Virus record (IMG/VR): IMGVR_UViG_3300043406_000028
Location: 12,042-76,041 of that record
Reading direction: 5' to 3' (one strand)
DNA from: a virus
Lineage: Duplodnaviria; Caudoviricetes
Length of the DNA: 64,000 bases
This document shows, piece by piece, positions 56,996-62,632 of the stretch. Every line of letters starts with the position of its first letter. Positions within the stretch are counted from its first letter, which is position 1. The notes below the pieces were generated by a model. The model searched no databases. It was not told where the DNA came from and was given only the letters and a program-made list of their open reading frames with translations. Both the position numbers and the translations under genes were made by a program.

Positions 56996-57211
56996 ATGCC
57001 TGATCTGATTATCCAACTTATTATCGTGATGCTGGTCTGTGGATTCCTTTATTGGGTTTGGCTCAAGCTTTCTCCATTGCTACCCATTGCCGAGCCATTC
57101 GCTCAAATCGTCAATGTCCTGATCGTCATCCTGATCGGAGCCATTGTCTTGTTCTACGCCGTCATCCCTCTACTCCGGGCCATGGGCCACATGAGTCTTG
57201 GACTTCGGTAA
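56996..57211 (+). CDS. small two-TM membrane protein, antisense within the tRNA array
   Basis: AGGAGG SD; TGtTATACT extended -10-like motif upstream; two hydrophobic helices. Confidence 0.75.
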   Translation: MPDLIIQLIIVMLVCGFLYWVWLKLSPLLPIAEPFAQIVNVLIVILIGAIVLFYAVIPLLRAMGHMSLGLR

Positions 57212-57213
57212 AT

Positions 57214-57288
57214 GGTGCCCACTCCTGGTTACGATCCAGGCTCTCTTCCTCTTCAGGGAAGCGCTTTCACCAGATTAGCTTAGTAGGC
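57214..57288 (-). tRNA. tRNA-Phe(GAA)
   Basis: CTTCC-CTGAAGA-GGAAG; T-loop ATCGTAA. Confidence 0.87.
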
Positions 57289-57291
57289 ATT

Positions 57292-57365
57292 TGGTGCGGG
57301 CTGGCGGAATCGAACCGCCGCATTCTCGTTGGCAACGAGAGAGTCTACCATTAACCTAAGCCAGC
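57292..57365 (-). tRNA. tRNA-Gly(GCC)
   Basis: CTCG-TTGCCAA-CGAG; U3-C70 mismatch. Confidence 0.85.
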
Positions 57366-57369
57366 ATAT

Positions 57370-57456
57370 TGGTGGGAAGGGGATGGATTTGAACCTCCGA
57401 ACCCCGAAGGGACTGCGTTTACAGCGCAGTTGCTTTGGCCACTTGCATACCTTCCC
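57370..57456 (-). tRNA. tRNA-Tyr(GUA)
   Basis: CTGCG-CTGTAAA-CGCAG; long variable arm. Confidence 0.92.
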
Positions 57457-57461
57457 ATAAT

Positions 57462-57537
57462 TGGTTGCGGGTGTCGGGAACGATCCGACCTGATCGGCTT
57501 ATGAGACCGTGCTGGAGCCACTCCAGTCCAACCCGCA
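57462..57537 (-). tRNA. tRNA-Met(CAU), initiator-like acceptor sequence
   Basis: Loop CTCATAA; TGCGGGT/ACCCGCA; T-loop ATCGTTC; initiator vs elongator unresolved. Confidence 0.8.
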
Positions 57538-57540
57538 AAA

Positions 57541-57676
57541 TGGTGCCGGGCTAGAACTCCCAGGCGATGCTTACTGTACATCCGAGCTTAGCATGATAAT
57601 TATTCGGCACGCGCCCAAGGGGCATCTCCTGGTATGCTGCCGCTCTCGTAGGTTTCCCAGTTCCTACGCTGCGCTT
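57541..57676 (-). ncRNA. candidate 136-nt structured RNA ending in ACCA
   Basis: Occupies a tRNA slot; CGTAGG/CCTACG, GCAT/ATGC, ATGCT/AGCAT and terminal GCC-GGG/CCC-GGC helices. Confidence 0.45.
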
Positions 57677-57769
57677 TGGCGGAGAGGGCGTGGATTCGAA
57701 CCCGCGAGACGCTTTCACGTCTGCTCGTTTTCAAGACGAGTGCCTTCAGCCAGACTCGGCCACCTCTCC
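57677..57769 (-). tRNA. tRNA-Ser(UGA)
   Basis: CTCGT-CTTGAAA-ACGAG; long variable arm. Confidence 0.92.
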
Positions 57770-57934
57770 AAGTTCTTGCCAGAAGAAATAGGAAGCATCC
57801 TCCTGGCCAAAATCTTTCTCTTTCCTCGCGTGTTCGTCGCAAAATGGATGGTCGCCAGAAAACTGCGTTCTTCGCATCCACTTAGCTGGTTTATTGCACT
57901 CCACACAATGTCGATCTAGCCCCATTTTACTCAT
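57746..57934 (-). CDS. small Zn-finger ORF (MSKMGLDRHCVEC...FCDEH), stop inside tRNA-Ser(UGA)
   Basis: GGAGA SD; CxxC...CxxH. Confidence 0.65.
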   Translation of the reverse strand: MSKMGLDRHCVECNKPAKWMRRTQFSGDHPFCDEHARKEKDFGQEDASYFFWQELGEVAESG

Positions 57935-57949
57935 GGTATTCTCCCATAT

Positions 57950-58026
57950 TGGTGAATGCGGCAAGACTCAAACTTGCATCTCCGGCCTTCGGAGGGCCGC
58001 GCTCTATCCAGTTGAGCTACGCATCC
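57950..58026 (-). tRNA. tRNA-Arg(CCG)
   Basis: CGGCC-CTCCGAA-GGCCG. Confidence 0.9.
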
Positions 58027-58358
58027 TTAGAACTGTATTTCGCTAGCCTCCGTATCGTCCCGATTAGGCTGTCATCAACCAGGATTCCTGGTGGCTTCAA
58101 TGTCTTGCCATCCATAGCCTGATACAATGCCGCTAACAAATTGTCATAATCAGGGCTGGTTGGATCAACAAATAAAACAGCCAAATCAACCGTAGAATCT
58201 ATCGGAGTTGCGATCTTAGCTGCATCGCAGGCTCTACGGATTTCCTCCCGATACTGCTGGATCATCCTGATGTGCATCCGTCTATGCGGCGCACCATGGA
58301 CAACCAATGAGAACGTAGCCGGAACAGTCTTACCATCCATTGTGGCAATGACACGCAT
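58017..58358 (-). CDS. second RusA-like protein (K76 equivalent is Ala), stop inside tRNA-Arg(CCG)
   Basis: SPDYDNLLAALYQAMDG...ILVDDSLI; GAGG SD at ATG 58358. Confidence 0.65.
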   Translation of the reverse strand: MRVIATMDGKTVPATFSLVVHGAPHRRMHIRMIQQYREEIRRACDAAKIATPIDSTVDLAVLFVDPTSPDYDNLLAALYQAMDGKTLKPPGILVDDSLIGTIRRLAKYSSKDA

Positions 58359-58370
58359 GATATCCTCTAA

Positions 58371-58465
58371 TGGTCGGCGTTGCGGGTATTGAACCCGCCC
58401 GTCTACAGCCATCTGCTGCGAAATCCGGGTTTATAAGGCCCAGCCGCTCACCTGAGCTAACGCCG
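58371..58465 (-). tRNA. tRNA-Ile(UAU) with long variable arm
   Basis: Loop CTTATAA; about 25-nt V-region containing a CAGC/GCTG stem; 95 nt. Confidence 0.75.
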
Positions 58466-58468
58466 TAA

Positions 58469-58543
58469 TGGCGCTCCGTAGGGGTTTTGATCCCCTCTCA
58501 CTGAATTGACAATCCAGCCGCCTCACCAGATGCGTAACGGAGC
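58469..58543 (-). tRNA. tRNA-Asp(GUC)
   Basis: CTGGA-TTGTCAA-TTCAG; T-loop ATCAAAA. Confidence 0.87.
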
Positions 58544-58547
58544 TTAT

Positions 58548-58621
58548 TGGTGGACCACCACGGTACTGACCCGTGTTCACAGGCTTAAGAGGCGAGTGCA
58601 TCACCTTAATGCTTGTGGTCC
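58548..58621 (-). tRNA. tRNA-Lys(CUU), mismatched anticodon stem
   Basis: Loop CTCTTAA; T-loop GTCAGTA. Confidence 0.7.
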
Positions 58622-58625
58622 GTAT

Positions 58626-58701
58626 TGGTGAACCCGGCAGGCCACGATCCTGCATCTGGTCGATTAAAAGTCGTCCGCTCTGCCAATTGAGCTACGGGTC
58701 C
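58626..58701 (-). tRNA. tRNA-Lys(UUU)
   Basis: CGA-CTTTTAA-TCG; T-loop ATCGTGG. Confidence 0.85.
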
Positions 58702-58756
58702 ATTCAAGCTGCGCTGACTTCGTTCGCATGAAGGGCATCTGCCCTGCTTGAGGTAT

Positions 58757-58830
58757 TGGTCGCTCTTCACGGTATCGATCCGTGGTCTATCGGTTATCGG
58801 CCGATTGCTCTGCCTTTGAGCTAAAGAGCG
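58757..58830 (-). tRNA. tRNA-Ile(GAU)
   Basis: ATCGG-CCGATAA-CCGAT; T-loop ATCGATA. Confidence 0.87.
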
Positions 58831-58834
58831 GTAT

Positions 58835-58909
58835 TGGTACTCCCTCCGTGACTCGAACACGGGATCACCGGGTGTAGGCCGGATGCTTTGGCCGCTAAGC
58901 TAAGGGAGC
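58835..58909 (-). tRNA. tRNA-Val(UAC)
   Basis: CCGG-CCTACAC-CCGG. Confidence 0.88.
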
Positions 58910-58914
58910 GTATT

Positions 58915-58991
58915 TGGTGCCTACACCAGGATTTGAACCTGGACTGTGAGTTATTTTGAGTAACTGGCCTCTTCCATTGGGCTATGTAGGC
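58915..58991 (-). tRNA. tRNA with CAA anticodon (Leu) and short variable loop
   Basis: AGTTA-CTCAAAA-TAACT; 6-nt V-region CACAGT; A73. Confidence 0.8.
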
Positions 58992-58992
58992 G

Positions 58993-59072
58993 TACCCCTG
59001 GGGAGACTTGAACTCCCAATCCTTTCGGCGGCAGTTTCTAAGACTGCTGTGTATGCGTTCCACCACAGGGGC
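58993..59072 (-). tRNA. tRNA-Leu(UAG), CCA not encoded
   Basis: GCAGT-CTTAGAA-ACTGC; long V-arm; 1 nt from the next tRNA. Confidence 0.85.
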
Positions 59073-59076
59073 TTAT

Positions 59077-59151
59077 TGGTGCTGTCTGGTGGCTTCGATC
59101 CACCCTCGCTGAGATACCAACTCAGTGCTCTGCCGAATGAGCTAAGACAGC
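59077..59151 (-). tRNA. tRNA-Thr(GGU)
   Basis: CTGAG-TTGGTAT-CTCAG; T-loop ATCGAAG. Confidence 0.88.
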
Positions 59152-59196
59152 GACGAGTAGGCGTGGATTATGACGCCTCGTTCGATACGGAAATGC

Positions 59197-59269
59197 ATGC
59201 TGGGCACGGTATTACACCGTTGCGACCTTCAAGGAGTTACCCCTAACGCTCTCTACTGAGCTACCAGCA
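59197..59269 (-). pseudogene. degenerate tRNA-like element (possible UAA anticodon)
   Basis: TGCTGG/CCAGCA acceptor, GCTC/GAGC D-stem, atypical anticodon loop, no CCA. Confidence 0.5.
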
Positions 59270-59306
59270 GTTCTGCGAGAACTTCCCTTTCCGCTCTCGT
59301 CTATCT

Positions 59307-59381
59307 TGGAGCCCGGTGCAGGTTTTTATCCCGCTCTTCAGCCATACAAAGGGTGCGTGCTGTCATTGACACTAACCGGGC
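59307..59381 (-). tRNA. tRNA-Thr(UGU)
   Basis: Loop TTTGTAT; T-loop ATAAAAA; D-loop lacks GG. Confidence 0.75.
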
Positions 59382-59388
59382 AATCTCT

Positions 59389-59435
59389 CACTCTCTACTT
59401 CTTCTCTTCGAAGAAGAGAGAAGAAGTAGAGAGTG
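59389..59435. repeat. perfect 19-bp polypyrimidine/polypurine inverted repeat
   Basis: 59389-59407 / 59417-59435; alternative 7-bp stem closing a C-GAA-G triloop. Confidence 0.85.
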
Positions 59436-59507
59436 GTGCTGGTGGGAGGGGTTGATTCTCCGCGCTTTCCCTTACGAAGGGACTGCTCTACGCTGAGCTA
59501 CACCAGC
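59434..59507 (-). tRNA. tRNA-Thr(CGU)
   Basis: TCCC-TTCGTAA-GGGA; first tRNA of the array. Confidence 0.85.
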
Positions 59508-59876
59508 AAATTCATCAACGCCCGCCGGAAACCAGAACCGCCAAGATGGGCGTGCCTACCGCGTCAGGTGCTATCAAGGGGGGATTTTGGGGATTCCCTG
59601 GTCCTCTTGCCTTGATCGGCAGAGGACTCTTTGGGGGTCCGCTACCGTTAGTCTCTAGTCTGTCGCCCTTTAATGGGGCATTCCACGAAATCGACGCACA
59701 AAAACGACCGTTGCCAATTACTCGGCGCGGCGCTTGTGAGTGGATATGAGTGTATCGAAAACATGGCTCTTCCGTTGTTGGTCCAGAGCTAGCCGGTCGT
59801 TCCGATTTAGTCAAGGGGTTGATCTGAGATTTAATTCGGCTAGCTTCCCCTCCATCGTCAACGACTGTCGAGGGAC

Positions 59877-60374
59877 ATGATGAGAAAGCTGCTCACCGGC
59901 CTTGCGCTGGTTCTGACTCTTTGCGCCATCTCCACCCAAGCCGATGCTAGACGCTATAGAATCCGAGTAGCTTCCACAGAAGGACAAATCGTAAGCCACC
60001 CTGAAGGTTGCCCACGGACTGCATTTTGCGGCTGCGGGGTTTCCAAACGTGTCTGGGGCGTAGCCAAGAAGGAATTCTACACCGCTAGATCGTATTACTC
60101 CCTTCCAAGAGCCTCTTGCGCTCCTGGGATGGTAGCTATCCTGCATGCCCATCACGTTGCAGCCATCGAATCCTGTGATGGCAATGGATTGGCAACTCTC
60201 TATGACCCTAATTCCGGAGGGCACCAGACGAGGATTCATCAGCGGGATATCAGCCACGCCACAATCGTAAATCCAAATGGCGGGACGCAGTTTGCTTCTC
60301 GTTCAAAAAACAAAACCAAATCAAATGTGCAATTCGCTTCCTATTCCCCACAAGATCGTCATGGAGCACAGTAA
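59877..60374 (+). CDS. exported CHAP/NlpC-P60-like Cys-His peptidase (putative)
   Basis: Signal peptide; AFCGCG; HHV; DPNSGGH. Confidence 0.55.
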   Translation: MMRKLLTGLALVLTLCAISTQADARRYRIRVASTEGQIVSHPEGCPRTAFCGCGVSKRVWGVAKKEFYTARSYYSLPRASCAPGMVAILHAHHVAAIESCDGNGLATLYDPNSGGHQTRIHQRDISHATIVNPNGGTQFASRSKNKTKSNVQFASYSPQDRHGAQ

Positions 60375-60634
60375 TGCGTACAATCATCCTCATGTGTTGC
60401 TTAATTGCAACACCAGCTACGGCGCAGGTTAACGTGCCATTGGCTTGCCGTGATCTTGCCATCAGGGCCGGATATCACTCTGCAACATTATCCAGCGAAC
60501 AGGCTCAGAGAGCCTACCAAGAACTAGGACAAAAAGACCCCAATAATCCTGACGTAAGACGCTGCAAGAGAGCGGTGGATGCCAGGATTCAAAGAGCGCT
60601 TGAGGATACAGCTTTAACAGGAGTGGTTCAGTGA
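60374..60634 (+). CDS. small exported protein with a Cys pair
   Basis: Signal peptide ending ATA-QV. Confidence 0.65.
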   Translation: MRTIILMCCLIATPATAQVNVPLACRDLAIRAGYHSATLSSEQAQRAYQELGQKDPNNPDVRRCKRAVDARIQRALEDTALTGVVQ

Positions 60635-60996
60635 GAGTATTGGTAGTGTTGTGTGTTGTGGTCTTGACCAATCAAATCAGTCATGCGGCAGAGATAGGAA
60701 TCGCATCCACATTCACCGATAGCCGCGTGGCTTGTGCCCCATACCGGATAAACCCATACAAAGTCATGGGAATCGCCCATAAAACCCTTCCATGCGGGAC
60801 GCCGGTAGAGATAACCAATATCCGCAATGGAAAGAAAGCCAATGCGGTGGTGGTGGATCTTGGCCCATGCACAACCGTCTTTTGCAGAACAAAGATGCCA
60901 GCGAGAATCCGCAAGAGGCTATTTGACCTCCTACCAATGGTAGCAAAGGCAATTGGTTCGGACGGACTAACTACAGTCAAAGTCGCTGGGCGGTGA
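60631..60996 (+). CDS. rlpA: RlpA-like double-psi beta-barrel (lytic transglycosylase-like), exported
   Basis: IAHKTLPCGTPVEITNIRNGK...VVDLGP...LFDL. Confidence 0.8.
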   Translation: MRVLVVLCVVVLTNQISHAAEIGIASTFTDSRVACAPYRINPYKVMGIAHKTLPCGTPVEITNIRNGKKANAVVVDLGPCTTVFCRTKMPARIRKRLFDLLPMVAKAIGSDGLTTVKVAGR

Positions 60997-61013
60997 TGTG
61001 ATGTATCCGCGTG

Positions 61014-61175
61014 TCAGCTTGTCATGTGGCGGAGCCCGACAAGCGCCCAAAGGAAGATGCCTGCGCCAGCAAACACGTAGATCAACGGTAGAGGCATCGG
61101 GCCAGCAACCTGTGACGCGGCTCCAGCCAAGGCGGATACGAGGCAGATGAAGCCAAGCCAAATGAGCCCAATCAT
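61014..61175 (-). CDS. small two-TM membrane protein
   Basis: MIGLIWLGFICLV... Confidence 0.55.
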   Translation of the reverse strand: MIGLIWLGFICLVSALAGAASQVAGPMPLPLIYVFAGAGIFLWALVGLRHMTS

Positions 61176-61405
61176 TTTTCTTTTCCTAACTGCTGAATAA
61201 CGCACTCGGCTGGATCGACACCCGCTTGCATTGCCGTTCTCAATTCTTCTTCGGCGGCACCCCGCCAAGCATCCGCTGCGCGGATATATGCTGGTTCCGG
61301 GCCTTCCGGCCCGACGCCGTAGTGGCTAAAATCCGGCCTGCTGCGCTCAAGAAAGAACTCACGCATCGCGTCGATCTCCTTGAGAGTGTAACGCCTATCA
61401 CTCAT
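61172..61405 (-). CDS. hypothetical protein
   Basis: MSDRRYTLKEIDAMR...AEEELRT; GGAG SD. Confidence 0.6.
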   Translation of the reverse strand: MSDRRYTLKEIDAMREFFLERSRPDFSHYGVGPEGPEPAYIRAADAWRGAAEEELRTAMQAGVDPAECVIQQLGKEK

Positions 61406-61598
61406 GTTTTTCTCCCATTGAACTGCTGTTAGCGGCTCGCGCATCGCGTGCCCGTAGATATTCTTGCCAGATGGCAACAGCAGCAGCCAGTAACACCACT
61501 ACCCAGCCGCCAGCCCATCCCCAATCACGAAAGACATGCAGGACAAGCGCGATCAAAAGCAGACGTGTGAAATTGTCTTTGATGTGATCCAGGTTCAT
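61398..61598 (-). CDS. small membrane protein
   Basis: Two hydrophobic segments. Confidence 0.55.
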   Translation of the reverse strand: MNLDHIKDNFTRLLLIALVLHVFRDWGWAGGWVVVLLAAAVAIWQEYLRARDARAANSSSMGEKHE

Positions 61599-61605
61599 TC
61601 GCTAC

Positions 61606-61758
61606 CTATGACCGATAGCCGTGCGCCTGGGCGCGTTCTTTCTCGGTGTCGCGCAATCCTTCGATGGCGCGCTGCAAGACTGGAATGAGGTCGCCGGGCT
61701 CGTGGTGTTCGTATTTGGCGAGAAGGTCGGCCAAGGCTTCATCAAATGGTGGGATCAT
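61606..61758 (-). CDS. hypothetical protein (MIPPFDEALADLL...)
   Basis: GGAGA SD. Confidence 0.55.
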   Translation of the reverse strand: MIPPFDEALADLLAKYEHHEPGDLIPVLQRAIEGLRDTEKERAQAHGYRS

Positions 61759-61789
61759 AGTTATCTCCCTCGGGTTCAGTTTCGACACG

Positions 61790-62008
61790 TTAGCGATTGC
61801 CTCGGATTTGAGGCGTTCCGGTGGATGAGGACTTAGATGCCTCAGATTTGGGGCGGCACAGGGCTTGAGGGCATTCACAGTGCGGGTATTCGCACGGGGT
61901 GGACGTGCCAGCCCAATTGCAGACCATATCTGGATGTTGCGGAGTACGGGTGCCTGACATCAGATAATCGAATTGATCTGGGGGGGATCGCTGATCTCTG
62001 TGGGTCAT
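61790..62008 (-). CDS. Cys-rich hypothetical protein
   Basis: C...PCEYPHCECP. Confidence 0.5.
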   Translation of the reverse strand: MTHRDQRSPPDQFDYLMSGTRTPQHPDMVCNWAGTSTPCEYPHCECPQALCRPKSEASKSSSTGTPQIRGNR

Positions 62009-62156
62009 CGCTTAGCCTCCAACGCAGCCCGGACCTGACCCATCGCAAAATCAGCCTGCGGTGAATCCAATAGCCGCTGTTCCGCGCGAGTAAGGGGTTG
62101 CCCGGCAATCATTTTATCGGCGGCTTCTTCGATCATGTCGTCCGTAGTTTTTCGCT

Positions 62157-62321
62157 TCATGGCTTCCAACTCCCATCAGGCAACCAGCCATCGGGGATGG
62201 CTTCGTCCTCGGCCTCTGTCGAGTCGCACCCAAACGAGCAGGACCATGTTTCCAGTCCCGCAAGCTCGCTGCGGCTCAATTCGACGTTCTGCGCTTCGCA
62301 GCAGTCGCATGTGCCGATCAT
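62157..62321 (-). CDS. small acidic Cys-rich protein (MIGTCDCCEAQ...)
   Basis: Hand-translated; ATGA overlaps on both sides. Confidence 0.5.
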   Translation of the reverse strand: MIGTCDCCEAQNVELSRSELAGLETWSCSFGCDSTEAEDEAIPDGWLPDGSWKP

Positions 62322-62539
62322 GGCGCGCTGTGCTTTCTCGCCCGGAGCCAGTGCTGAGCTTCTTCGATCTTGGTCAGCGCTAGAAAATAGGTGCGGTGTC
62401 TGCCGAGTTCTTCGATCTCAAGGCGCGTCCGGGTTAAAGCGATCATCAGGTCGTCCAGCTTGTCGTCCTGTTCCGGCGTCAGGCCATTGTTGAATGCCAT
62501 AGGAGATGGCTCGGTCGCGGTCGGTGCATTCGCATTCAT
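62318..62539 (-). CDS. hypothetical protein
   Basis: RTYFLALTKIEEAQHWL resembles the small phage helical-bundle proteins with an LAxTKIEEA motif. Confidence 0.6.
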   Translation of the reverse strand: MNANAPTATEPSPMAFNNGLTPEQDDKLDDLMIALTRTRLEIEELGRHRTYFLALTKIEEAQHWLRARKHSAP

Positions 62540-62632
62540 AGATTTGTCTCACTTTCTGGCTGTAGGAGGGTCCGATAGCTTTGTGACAAACATCGAAGAG
62601 ACATTTGAATCTGCGTTCGGGCATGTCATTGA

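Noticed and set aside
57541-57676. RNase P RNA or two-piece tmRNA fragment
   Set aside because: Too short; lacks GAGGAAAGUCC/AGAACCCGGCUUA cores and a resume-tag ORF. Kept only as an unknown ncRNA.
57600-57919. ORFs overlapping tRNA-Ser/Met (57600..57881, 57509..57919, 58606..58860, 58821..59066)
   Set aside because: They run across several tRNA genes without SD; incidental frames.
58702-58756. Hammerhead ribozyme
   Set aside because: Three helices are present but the CUGANGA/GAAA core is not matched on either strand.
58993-59072. TAG anticodon read as an amber suppressor or sign of genetic-code reassignment
   Set aside because: Anticodon UAG decodes Leu CUA. No CUA, UUA or UCA anticodon exists in the array, and many genes end normally in TAG/TGA.
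55462-59507. Regular about 78-bp periodicity with a repeated GTATTGG motif resembling a CRISPR array
   Set aside because: Each unit folds as a tRNA; the repeat is only the reverse complement of CCA plus spacer; no cas genes.
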